A DNA stretch of 63,956 bases, counting the filler, from Intoshia linei (taxonomy: Eukaryota; Animalia; Orthonectida), in assembly GCA_001642005.1 (NCBI GenBank). It is 6 parts of 6 records of this genome, joined end to end, with 100 filler letters (N's around TTAATTAATTAA, not from the genome) between each part and the next. Parts side by side here need not be neighbours in the genome. Positions count along the whole stretch, not along the records: positions 26,839 to 37,032 come from LWCA01001301.1; positions 37,133 to 51,084 come from LWCA01000986.1; 4 more parts are not named here. One strand, given 5' to 3'. The position numbers were made by a program, and so were the translations under genes. Under the pieces are notes generated by a model, which saw only the letters and a program-made list of their open reading frames with translations, was not told the origin of the DNA and did not search any database. Below, piece by piece: positions 27,527 to 40,295 of the stretch (its first letter is position 1; each line of letters begins with the position of its first letter).

Positions 27527-28033
27527 AAGAATCAAAAAGAATTAAAGAAATCATTTTAAAAAAAAAAGTGAAATTTAATTAATGTAACATGTAGCATTAA
27601 ACCAGGTCTTAATTTATTTTATAAATTCTGCCGAATATGAGAATTTAGTGCATTCAAATACATTTAAGGAGTAAATGTATTAACCTTAAAGTATTCTTAA
27701 ACTAGTCAAGAGGTATAACTTATACCGTATAAGGTTTTGTAATATCGATTAAAAAAGAAACGCAGTGAAATGCAAGAATAACTTGGTGTATAGCTATATA
27801 AAATCATACCAGTATGAATTCAAATTAAAATGCACATTAGGGGTGTCCCAAAATTTTATAAATTTGGTCCAAATACTGATAAAGTTGCGTGTGATAGTTT
27901 TATGATAATCGTGAAAAAGTATAAAAAATCACATCCCTAATGCACATTTTAGACGGTTGTTGAGAAACAACACAATTGCTCAGACATTGAAATATCGAAT
28001 ATATAAAATTATAATTTACTGTTAATAAAAAAC

Positions 28034-28139
28034 CTGTAATAGAAAATGACACAGCTACATTGTGAGTTTTGTAGTGGTTTGATAGATCCATAATAGAATC
28101 ACACATTTTTAAGCATTCTGGACAAACGAATCCTTCCAT
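28034..28139 (-). CDS. First exon of an EEA1/Rabenosyn-5-like gene (Rab5-binding C2H2 zinc finger)
   Basis: MEGFVCPECLKMCDSIMDLSNHYKTH matches EGFxCPxC...LxxHYxxxH of the EEA1/RBSN N-terminus. A GT donor follows ...ITG. Downstream exons not found. Confidence 0.6.
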
Positions 28140-28198
28140 CGCACATTCAAAATACTCCAATTTGGATTTCAAATAAAATAAAATTTATTACACAAAAC

Positions 28199-29753
28199 AT
28201 GGAAACGAATAAACTACAAGTTAATTTATTTAAATTCTAAAAATGTGCTTGAATAAGTAAATTTTTTATTCAATTGTTTCCTTAATAAATTTTGTAGAGT
28301 TCGTTGCAATTCAAATGAAAATAACGGGATTGTACCAATAATATTTAATATAGATGGCTCAGCCCTCGAGGATGTAAAATGGAAGAATCAATTACAAGAT
28401 AAATTGAAATTAATTAATGCTCCTTTGTTGGTTTTTTCTATTATTTCTCTTTTTACTTCTGGATTTAAGGGTACACTTTACATGTATTTATTTATTAATC
28501 GGATTGTATATTTTTGATGCATCATTTGTTATTTCAATGTGCAGAAATTCGATATAATATTTTCAATTTACAATCATTTGACATGAATTGTCTCTAAATT
28601 ACAAGTAATTTTATATTTTTCAGACGTCTTTGTATTTATTCAAGAATCTGAAGAAAAAAGCATTGAATACTATGAAAGTTTTATTTTCTCTAAAAATTGC
28701 ATACAATCTGGCAAACAAATTATACACTGGGTGACCATACCAAATTCTGAAATTGAAACATCTATAATTCACAATTTACACCAAATTCAACACGTCCAAT
28801 GTGAAGCATATTTGATTTTACCAAATGATATTTTTATCACTGGCGAAATCAATTCATTCATTGACAATTATATTGCACACAGATCTGATTTTCACATTTT
28901 AACTACTTCTAATGCGTCTATTCAGTCTTTGATGAAAAAAGTGGATCCAAAAGATTTTATATCACTGTTTGTCTCAAAAGACGGGGCAATTCTTTCTCTT
29001 TACAATGGATTCGATGTCCAATCCGATAAAGATGCTTATGCTTGTAAGTTGAATCTTTACAACACTGGGGTATTTATTTTGAAAAGAAATACCTTAACCG
29101 ATTGTTTATTTGACAAAACCATCAAAATACACAAAAATAATATTTTGAAGCTCATGCTTTCGATCAAAAAAAGGAAAACCACTGGTATGTCTAGATTTTG
29201 GAAAGTATGCATTGTATTTTAAACATTAGAATCAAAGATGTATCACAATTCTTCTAATTTCCAAGACTCAGTTGACACGTCTGTACATTGTCGCTACTTT
29301 GATACAGATGAATTTAATGTTAGATGCAATAACCTGATTAATATACTCGAATGCAATAAAAGGGTTTTTAATTTAATTTTTTTAAAGTTTCATAATATTA
29401 GGCTTTGAATAACCTTTCAAAATTGGAAAATTCGCCAATTATTACTGCAAAAGGTATTAAAAAGTCACTAATTGAGAATAATTTTACTGCCAACTCTGAT
29501 AAAAAGAACAAAATTATAATAATAGAAAGTTCTATCGGAAAAAATTGCATACTTACCGGAAATATTAAAATCGTCAATTCCATCATTTGTGATAATGTCG
29601 AAATTACTTCAAAGTAAAGTTGATTAATATTTATTATATTTGTATCCTAGTTCTAAAATAACCAATTGTTATGTACATGAAAATTCCAAAATTACCCAAG
29701 ATGTAGATCTTCAAACTCATATTTATCATTGTCAAAAAGCCAAAAAAAAATAA
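28199..29753 (+). CDS. EIF2B3: Translation initiation factor eIF2B gamma subunit-like
   Basis: N-terminal nucleotidyltransferase-like region (LINAPLLVFSIISLFTSGFKDVFV...YLILPNDIFITGEINSFIDNYIAHRSD), then RCNNLINILECNK and hexapeptide LbH repeats (SSIGKNCILTGNIKIVNSIICDNVEI...ITNC). Several short introns. Start codon approximate. Confidence 0.75.
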
Positions 29754-29779
29754 AATGTATTATACAAAACTTTACAAAT

Positions 29780-32443
29780 CTAATCAGATGATGTTACTGA
29801 TTCAGAATCTGATAATGCTGTTCTTTTTTTAGTTTTTATTTCAATATCAGAGTTCTAAATATAACTTATAATAATATTGATAGTTTAGGTTTACCTCAGA
29901 TAACGAATCATTTACTTTATTTTTAATACTTTCTAGTGCATCGTTATCCTCACTTGTGTAATCGTCGTCTATGAAATCGTCTAAAAAATTACTCAATTTA
30001 AAATTTTTTAAAATTAAATTAATAAAAACCAACCTTGTTTAGATTTCTTTGTCTTTGAGGTTTCAAGGTAAGTATCACCACTTTCTAAAAACTGACGAGC
30101 CATTTTTTTCTTAGATCTATCATATTTTTCGGGTTGTCTGGATTTATTTGCATTACGAAGAATTTCATATTCCTCCTAAAAAATTGTTTTAATTTTTTGC
30201 ATTTTTGATTTAATCTTATCCTAACTTATATAATATGCTACGCGATTTTTGTTTCTGTGTGTGTTACGCTTTATTTAAATACCAGTCTACCAGTCTTAGC
30301 ATTTTTTAAAGACCACATTTCAATTACAGTTTTTCGGGAGTATAAATAATTAAATATATATTTCACAACTTACGGGTTAAAAAATCACTGTTGTTCCTCT
30401 TTTTGAAAATCAAACGAGTTGGAGAATTTAAAATCATATATACGCTGATGCGGATTTTAAAACCATAAACATAATCATAAATTTAAATTTAAAAAAATTA
30501 TATCTTCATGGCCAAAACCACAAATTGCCCTTCTTTTTTTAATAAAAACAGCTCTAGAATTTCAAAAAGTTTACAGGTGGTACAATTGTATCCTGTTAAC
30601 ACATAAAAAATTTCAATCCGAATAAGTGACGACTTTACGGTCAAAAAAGCATTTTAGTATTGATATATATTTTTTCATAAATATTTTATTATAACAAAAA
30701 ATGTGAAATAATTAACGGTCCGAAAATTAAAAAAAAAAATTATTCTTGATAGGTTTATTCCAGTTGATATAAATACAAAATTTTTTAAACACAAAAAAAC
30801 ACAATTGGATTTTTTACTTTGTTATACACAATATACATGTATATGTTATGACATAATAGCACTCTTTCGTAACAATAAGGATCTTCATGATACATTTAAC
30901 GCAAAATAGTTACGAACGTCAAGAATATAATTTTTTGAATGCATAATTTAGAAAAATGAGGCCCTCTCGAAGAACTGCACCGGGTATTACCACAATGTTA
31001 TTTTTTATATTGCATAAATTGATTCATTAGTAAAGATAAATTTTGGATGTAAAATTATTCAATATTTATTGCTCTATATAGTCAATTTAAAAGATTTCCA
31101 ACACCCTATTGATCATATCTACTAAAACTACTTACTAAAAATCCAGTTTTATCTACCTTAAAAAGAAAAATTCAGTTTTACAGTAGTTTTGGCTTTACAT
31201 TTAAATTGTAAAAAATAATATTTCTAAAAATACCTTCATTTTCTCAGCCCTTTCAAATTCAGGATTTGAACCAACAACATTCAAGACCTTCATTTTTTGT
31301 TGTTTCTTCGACCTATCTGCAATGGAAATAGCTTTTCTATAAGTGAACGAATCTGTAGAGTGAGGCCTAAAATTTAACTTTCTTTTCAAAACTCGCTGTG
31401 CTGTGAGGCCTTCACCATTTTGGATATAAATGTAACAATTATCAACTTGCAATGGCATGTCATGTACTTCAAAAATTTCGCTACCGATATGAAGAGTAGA
31501 GGAATTATCAGACCATTTTACAACTTTTGCATTGCTTTCCATTTCATATTTCGCATTTGGATTTTTGCGCCAACGGATAGTATTTTCAACTTTTAATTTT
31601 ATTTTAGCACAACCCTCGTCATTCGTTAATTCGTTTTCATCAACCTCATTTACATAAGTGTATGCGTCAAATGGTCTATATTATCATTATTAAAAATAAT
31701 AATTATGTTACTTTGTTTCGATTCCAAGAAAAGCTGGTAATTTTATAACATATAAATTATTTCCATAGTCCGGTTTAATACGAGGTATGGTAGTGTTTAT
31801 ATCTTTTATTTTTGTGGTTTCTAGAAAAATATTACAAACATCAATAGAATATCGAAATCATAACATTTAAACCTAGAAAAAATATAAAACTCAAAATTGT
31901 CATCTTTTTTGTGCAACCATCTGAATTTAACATTAAATACAATGACATGCAGAGTTTTGACCATTAAAAGGTAAAAGTTTTGTAAAAAATATTCCCAAAA
32001 ATAAATTCAAAATATCAATACCCTCGCATTCTTCTTCAGATGAACTGAAATAGTGTTTTAAAGCTTCATGGGTATCATTTTCAGCCAATTTGTCTGACTC
32101 TACACATGCATTTTCGTCTTGTTCCTTTGTAGTGTCATTTTCACTTTGAGAATCTTGAGAGTTCTCCTTGTTTACATTGATATTTTCATTTTCAGGAAAA
32201 CTTTCCTCTTCCACCACTTTAAACTGTATATCTTGATCAAAATTTACTTTATCACAATCTTGTTCCGTTTCATTCACTTTAACTTCATGTTCACTTTCAG
32301 ACGAAGTAACATTTAACTCTTCATCTAAAGTCATATTTACTCCATTTTTGAACTCTTCCAAATCACTACATAAGCCTAGATGTTAATGAAAAAATTTTTT
32401 AATTTAATTTACTGGATTCATCTGATGTAGTGTTTATAGACAT
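29780..32443 (-). CDS. LEO1: RNA polymerase-associated protein LEO1 (Paf1 complex)
   Basis: Acidic N-terminus, then KLPAFLGIETKPFD...KLKVENTIRWR...ESNAKVVKWSDNSSTLHIGSE...LNFRPHSTDSFT, and an acidic/serine-rich C-terminus. Confidence 0.93.
30217..30790 (+). mobile_element. Family A Helitron-like repeat in LEO1 intron
   Basis: Begins ATCCTAACTTATATAATATGCTACGCGATTTTTG...TGTGTG, homologous to the other copies. Confidence 0.65.
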
Positions 32444-32681
32444 TCTAAATTTTAGGATGCATACATAATTTTTAGTTTATTTTATAAATCGTCATGAAAC
32501 TTTATCAACTTATTTTACTAGTGTTATCGGTACAGTAAGTGACACTTACTAAGTGTACTGTGTATTAATTAACACATTGTGCATTGCACAAATATATATT
32601 TTTATATCCTGGACTCATGTCAGTAAAGTTATTGTAATTGTTAAAATAAATTTTATTTATAAATTTATTCTTAAAGTTTGC

Positions 32682-35600
32682 ATGTCCAATATTATTTCAG
32701 GAAATTATGATGTATTATGAAATTATTATATTTCTATTTTTAAAATGTTTAGAAGATTGAACTGTATTCAAATAATCATGAAAGAGAAGTGTTTATTTAT
32801 TTTACATTAATTAATGATATCAATATTGTTTTCGAGAATCCCGAACGAGTTAATGTCGATAAGAGGAAATAAGATGATGAAAAATTTAATAAAGTTTTTA
32901 ATTTACAAGTAACTTAAAATAGGAATACTAAGTGGTATAAATAGACCCTGCATCTGAAAAATTGAATTTTTGAAATAATTACCAATCATGGATCCCCCTA
33001 AAAATATTACATTTCAACTTTTATTATGTAAAATTTTAAATCATGTTTTTTAACTGAATTATTGTACTATTAGATTGGAAGATAGAGCAGAGCTTTATGC
33101 AATAATCATGGCAATTAATTCTCTCGAAGGCTTATTTGTACGAGATTTATTGGACACTAAAGAGTAATTTATATTTTTTTCAATGTGAATATAACTTTAA
33201 ACGTTATTATGTAAACCAGCGTTTAAAAAATGCTTAAAAAATTTTTAACAATTAAAAGTCAATTTATTACGTTTTTTTCAATTTTTTATAATGTGACCAA
33301 GTAATCGCGCTTTACAATTTTTCGTCATTCGCGACAAATTTTATAATTTAATACCGGGCCGCTGTGAATTTTTTTTACTTAAGAAAATTTTCCATAAAAT
33401 CTGGCTTCTCCATCTGTTGTTCCTGATGGGTGCAATTAAATTAAATTAATCATTTAAGTTTTGTTTTTGGTAAACAACATTTATTATCAACATTTGCATA
33501 ATTAAATTTTCTAATTTTAACATTAGATATACATTTAATTGCAACAAACTATTACAACAAATAAAAATTGCATTTAATCAAGTAAAATGTGATGAACTTC
33601 CAACAATACAACACTTTATCGAATCCAACGAAGTAATTTCATAATTACACAGCAATAAACTGAAAATTATGTTCGGGATCTCTAAATTATTTTTAGAATA
33701 TGTTAATATACGTGGTAGAAACCTACTCATCAATTTTTAGAAAAATTTATCGTGCAGGATAGAAGCTACAATGATCTAAAGTAGTGATTTTTTGGTTACA
33801 TTTGGGTCAAATGGAATAAACTGTATCAGAATAATCTTTCTTTTTTTAATTTTCGGGTCGTTAATTGGTTCAACTTTTTGTTTTAGTAAAATAGTTTCGA
33901 AATAATAAAAATTGATACTAAAGTGCTTTTTTGATAGTGAAGGCGTTACTTTGTCAGATTGAAATTTTTGGTGTATATTAACAGGATATAATTGTATCAT
34001 CTCTTATTTTTTTAAATTCTAGGGCTGTTTTCATTTTAAAAAAAAGGGGTCATCTGGGTTTTAATCGTAAAAATTATCTTTGAGGTTGCCATTTATGAGA
34101 ATGCTTATCATTTTAAAAACTACCTTAGAGATTATTTTTTATAAAATTTTAGGACATGTGTCATTTTAAAACAAAGGGTAATTTTGGGTTTTGATCATGA
34201 AGGCATGCGTTTATAAGGTTAAGATTTAAGACCATGTTAATCATTTTAAAACGCGTTCCAGAATGTATGTCTTATTAAATTTTTGGGCTGATTTTATTTT
34301 TAAATAAAAGAGCGAATTGGGTTTTTGGCCCTGAAAGACTCAAATTCGGAAATTGAAAAATAGATATAAACACGTCCTGGGAAAAACTGTATTAGAAATG
34401 GGGTTTTTTAATTCTACGACTGTCAATTTTTTGAATAGACGATAACACAGACAGAAACACAAATATTCAATTTCATATAAGTAAATTAGACAACATAAAA
34501 CATATAAGTAATAAAACCTTCAAATTCAGAACTGGTTCATGGTCCGCTTAATAATTTGTTAGTGCAGCGGTTCTCAACATACTTCACAGTTGGTACCACT
34601 AAACGAGAAAAAAAATTTGCCACACTATAATAATTTAAATGCGTTGTAACTATGACACCATACCAATTAAAAGAAATTATTGTAAAAATGTTAAAACTTG
34701 ATTTGACCGAAAATGAATATCTGAAAAATCTTTAATGATTGAACTGACGAAATAGGGACGTACAGATATTTACTATGCAACCTTAAAATTGCAGAGACAA
34801 TGAAATGGACGTAAATACATAAGGAACTAAGTACATTATATGTATATTATTACAAATTAATTTTTATTTTCTATTATTTTTGGAATTTAAAACATATCTA
34901 TAATTTATGAGTCATAGTATCAGACGAGCCGGTATATGCAAATGAATTTCTTGCACCCTTTAGGGATCCCAGTACCCCATTTGAGAACCACTGCGCTAGT
35001 GTATATCTGTGTTATTATATAATTAGATGAGATGTACAGCTGCGATTCATAGAATAAGTGAAGATAAACCTAGTAGTTGTAAAAAAACAAAATTACCAAG
35101 TGGACGACAAATTTCAGAAATTGTATCGGTATCTCTACTTATAATTTTTATAGATTTCAATTTAGACATTTATTACAATAACCGATAGATTATGTTTGAC
35201 GGAGGTTTACGTTGAAAGTGTAACCTTTTAATATATATTTACTTTATATTTGTTTAGTTATTATTGGATGTAAATACGTTGATAAATGTATTTAAAATGC
35301 TTAACATACCATTAGAATTTGAAGTTATTGTTATTGTCCAAAAATAGTAATTTTTATTATTTACTTTATCTCAAGCTATTTTTCTCAGTGATATTTTACA
35401 TCTCGTCTAGGATTCGATTGTATCCGTTATGAAAAAAATTAAAAATTACACACATTTTACTGAGTTTTGAACCGACCAACAAGTAGATGTTGAGAGCACA
35501 TTTTAAAAATATATACCCAGTATTGGTTATTTGTCTAACACACGATCATAGTTTAGTAAAATATACATGTTTTAGTGCAGTATCCAAATATGATCTAAGG

Positions 35601-36007
35601 TTGGAGTATATACAATTAATATTATACATTCAATGGGCTCCAAAAATATTTATTTTCATATCCCTCTGGTTTGTGTGAACCACTTTGGATGTCCTGATTT
35701 AAGTTTTACATGTTAACGAAAATTTACTAAAAATTAAAATTTCCTATTAATTGCTTGAAATTTGAGTTTAAGTAATAAACTCACTTTTTTTTCGTGTCCT
35801 GTCAAATTAATTTGTTTGGTACATGTATTTCTAATATTTTGTAGGTACTTTGGAGTTTGTTTAACAATAAATAATAATTAAATTAGTCACGATATACTTA
35901 AAGGAATGAAAGTGGATGAAAAATTGGATACGACTTTGGTCAGAGAAATGAGCACAAAAATGGCAATTGCACATTCAAATTTTGACAGATGGCTAGAAAC
36001 ACCATAA
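32682..36007 (+). CDS. VPS28: ESCRT-I subunit VPS28 (about 8 small exons, none in the ORF track)
   Basis: Exons read KIELYSNNHERE | LEDRAELYAIIMAINSLEGLFVRDLLDTKE | YTFNCNKLLQQIKIAF... | MRCTAAIHRISEDKP | TFITITDRLCL | ...PLEFEVIVIVQK | HDILKGMKVDEKLDTTLVREMSTKMAIAHSNFDRWL. These are colinear with the VPS28 consensus. Confidence 0.88.
34565..34993. mobile_element. hAT MITE in VPS28 intron
   Basis: CAGCGGTTCTCAAC...TTTGAGAACCACTG, flanks TGTTAGTG/CGCTAGTG. Confidence 0.65.
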
Positions 36008-37132
36008 AAGTGTTTGTATTGAATTGTAATAAATATAATAAATTGTTTGTTTTTTGATGTACAACGAATTTATTACAAGTACAGTCAAACCTGGTCAATA
36101 TGAACAGCTCTGTACCAGTTTACGACGCCGTTCAGATTAACAAAATTTATTTTTTAATATTTATTAAAAAACTAATATTAACAAGGCTATGTTGTTAATT
36201 TTCTGTCTTAATATCTTATGAATGATAAAGTGTTTTTTAAGGAAGTGAGATGATAATTACACAATTTTGATTGTCAAATATTGCTGTACGGACAGAAAAA
36301 TACAGCATTGCTGGTATCACTTCTGATAATAGTGAATAGTAGGATTTTTAAGTTAGATTTTCAACGTGATTTATTTTTTTGATATAATAAAAATATGCCC
36401 TCGCCAGAGTTAGGTGCTGTTTGTACGTAGTACATAACAGTCAACCTAGTAATTATTATAATTAAATTTACATATTTAAAGTACAATAGATGATAATAAT
36501 AGTAATAATGAGCAAACTTTATAATGTACTGAAGTTGAAAGTAAATTCACATTTTATCAAATATGACATAGCAACATATGATACAATACAGACGTATTAG
36601 ATATGGATGCCTCGTACTTGATATGAAGCGATCTTACATGTGTTTGAAAATACATGGGTATAAAATTTATAAATATCAATACAAAGTTTCGTCGTAACTA
36701 GAATATATAAAACTGCTATTTGATGGTGAATCTTGAGAGACTGAAACTCTATATTTCAGTCTTCGCTGGTATTTCTCGTTGGAATCCCGTCTTTTCCTCA
36801 ACTTCTTGGGATCTACAGATGTTTTAGGATGTTTTTACATCTCTCCTGTCAGGGCGATACACCTTGAAATACAATAATTAAAACATAAATTCGAAAATTA
36901 TTGATAGTAATTTAGTAACACAAATTTCTTCACAAATAAGAGACAAATTTTGTATTGTTGTACATATCATATCCTAAGACTACATAAGTAGGAGGAACCC
37001 CTGTACGTGCAAATGTGGTAGATCGTAAACCCNNNNNNNNNNNNNNNNNNNNNNNNNNNNNNNNNNNNNNNNNNNNTTAATTAATTAANNNNNNNNNNNN
37101 NNNNNNNNNNNNNNNNNNNNNNNNNNNNNNNN

Positions 37133-37582
37133 AAAACCTTTTTGAGATTCTTTAAAATCATACCATTCATTTTCCCCATCTTTTCCAGTAAACGTACAAT
37201 TTGTATGATAGATTCGTCAGTTTCAGTCATATGTTCACTAATATATATTTCTCGTCTAATTCTATACCACTAATTTCGTCAAAATCATCATCTACATTAT
37301 CTTGAAATAAATTGTCCATAAAAGTAATTAGAAAATTCAATTGATAATTCAATATTATAATCCTGTTGAATAGAGAGCAATACGAAAAACAGCAAAAAAA
37401 TAAATTTATTGTGAATTAGTATTAATATTAATTTGATAATAAAAAGTTAATCTGACACATTTATAATTTACATAACATTGTATTTCATAGCTCATATCAT
37501 AAAATTTATAAATGGTACAAAATTATAGGCTAACTAAATTTCATTGAATAAAATCGACACTGTGAGAGCACTAAAGGGTTAA
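37133..37582 (-). mobile_element. piggyBac-like element end with decayed transposase N-terminus
   Basis: Terminus TTAA-CCCTTTAGTGCTCTC on the minus strand (37582 inward), followed by an acidic, frameshifted peptide ending FTGKDGENEW (GKDGxxW of piggyBac transposases). Cut by the gap. Confidence 0.5.
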
Positions 37583-38386
37583 CAGCAGACAACTATATTT
37601 AAAAATCAAAATAAATAATTTTTAAAATTTGACAAAAAAAGTTCCATTTTCTAAAGTTCATTTTCCGGGTAAAACTGAACAAGCCCTTTTTATAATTTAT
37701 AACTAGAGCCATGCATAAAGCATAATGACTAGGTTACGCAAGATTTTGATTATGCTCTTAAAGAAGTTTGCATCATTGTGAATTACATAATTGTGTTTAT
37801 TTGTTTACATTTTATTTTATTTTGAATTTATTTATTGTTGCTTAACGACTTTAGAGCATAATAAGAGTATAATGTTTGAATGGCTCTAATTATTATACTC
37901 CTCTCACTCAGTTCAAAGAGCTGGTAGTTTTTTCAGAGATCGTATTCAAAAGTTATTCCGCTGTTAAAATTCTAGATATTTACATGACTACTTTAACCCA
38001 AATGAACTTATTTTTCGTAAGATGTACGTTAGGATGTTGCCTTTTTTTAAATCAAAAATACACGGTGAGAAATATACACTTAAGAGTCGTTGTACAGTTT
38101 TTTAAGCATAATAATTGAAAATTTCCGGTCTCCCAGCAAATTAGTTATTAATAATAAATCACTTAATTTGATTTAATTGTTGTTACAATAGTTTTTATTT
38201 GTATATGTATATGGCGTCAGCACTAATAAAAATTGTCTTACAAAATAATTGTTAGGGTTGTACAATACTAATGGTTTATAAATAAGAGGATAGTGGCCAT
38301 GATTTATGGAACGTAATCATAAATACATTTACTAATGGATCATATTATTAATATTGTATTATTTAAGACAACGTAATATTGTGTGA

Positions 38387-40295
38387 TTAACTAACTAAAA
38401 CAGCACCCAGTCCATGGTTGGATGCGTCTGTTTCTAAAACGAATTCTTGAGTAAAATCGGGTGCACAAACAATAGGGGATGAAGTCAGTATGCTTTTCAA
38501 TTTCATAAAGGCTGACTCACATTTTTGATACCAATTGAACTTACATCCTTTTAATAAAAGCATACGAATTGGAGAGCTTATAGTTGAATAATTATGTATG
38601 AAGCGTTGTAAATAGTTACACATACCCAAAAATCGCCTTACTTCAGTTATGTTTTTTGGTGGCAACAAATTTTTAATAGTAGATACCTTATCACGGTCCA
38701 TTCTAATACCATTTTGATCTATCAGATGTCCCAGAAATTTAACTTCATTAACATCAATTTTGCATTTCGATGGTTTTAATGTCAAACCGGCATTTTTTAG
38801 ACATTCGAATAATTTACTTAAATCCTCAAAATGGCCTTGGCGTGTCTTACTGCATACCAGAATATCGTCCATGTAACAATGTACATTTTCAACGTTATGA
38901 GTAATCGCGTTCATTATCCTTTGGCATGTTGCGGGAGCATTCTGGAGACCAAATGGCATTACATTGAAATGATATAATTGTCGACCAACAGCAAAATCCG
39001 TCTTGTGCTTATCTTTAGGTTTTAATGGTATCTGCCAGAATCCGCTGGACAAATCGAATACTGAGAAAAACTTTTTTTATGCAATGAATCCAATAGTGTG
39101 TTGATGAATTATAAGATATGTATCGGATTTTGTGATACTATTCAATTTACGGAAATCGATAACTAAACTTTGTGTACCATTTTTCTTTGGTACAAAGAAA
39201 TATGGTGATCTAAAATTACTATTCGACGGTTCGATGATTTTATTAGTAATCATATTCCGAATTTAATCATTAAATTCTGACTTTAAATGAGGCGGTATAG
39301 GATAGATAGGACCTAATTTTAAATGAGTATCATTTGTGTCAATAGCATGATAATGATGACTAATCAAGCCGGGTGTATCTGAGAATATAGCTTTATATTT
39401 TTCTAATAATTTTGTATAGAATTTATTACACTCAGACGATTTAAAAGGTACATTAAAATTTAATTGTTTATCTTCAAATATATTATTTATGTTAGTTTTA
39501 TAATAATCGCCCAATTTTATCAGTTTAAATTCTCTGGTCAGTTCGTATCCTATAATATTACTATAATCAGTTATAAATAATTTTAAAGGTTTGATACATA
39601 TTAAAATAAAACCGTGGTTTGTTATGGTAGAATTATAACCTCTAATATCCATATCATCTTGGTAGATTCTAAAATTCGAAAACCATCGTAAATTAATTTA
39701 ACGTTAATTTTTGCACCCGTATCAACCATGAAAGTTAATTTAATTACCTTATTTTCATTTGATATGGACAATTCTGCTTTTAGGGAATCGTTCGAGTTAA
39801 TACAATTTAAAGATTTTTTTCCACATTTGGAGATTTACTTTCACCTCCCATGTTTGTAACCTCAAAAAATTTTGCATATTCAAAAATCTCTGTTGGGATT
39901 GTACTGTTTTGATGGATAAGCTCGCGTTGTAGCTTTTTGGAATTACATCCGTACAAAAGTTGATCTGCTACAATCATATCGTGTACTTTGTAATCACAAT
40001 TTCGAGCAATTTGTCGAAGTCTATATACATAGTCTGTCATGCTTTCATCAAAATTTCTGAACGTTTTCTTTACTGGTATACGTTACAATAAGCTGTTTTT
40101 ATTGCTATTAACAGCTCTCAACTTTTGTCCGATTAGATTTTTGAGAAGACGGATCTTATCTTGAACTTCAACTTTATTGCTACCATTCAATAAAATATAA
40201 AATTCCTCGAAATCGTCCAGCCACGATTGATGTTCTGTATTTAAATCACTTTTTTCATTGTATAGGTATTTTGGTTTGTTCAAATAATTGTTCAT
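38387..40295 (-). mobile_element. Degenerate Ty3/Gypsy LTR retrotransposon (gag-protease-RT-partial RNase H)
   Basis: gag pieces at 40083-40295 and 39807-40040, protease FMVDTGA (~39715-39735), RT (VIDFRKLN, SSGFWQIPL, VMPFGLQNAPAT, YMDD), RNase H start ETDASNHGLGAVL. Multiple stops and frameshifts. No integrase or clear LTRs seen. Confidence 0.92.

Noticed and set aside
37660-38380. Possible LTR of the Gypsy element
   Set aside because: No matching second copy, PBS or PPT could be identified around 40300-40800.
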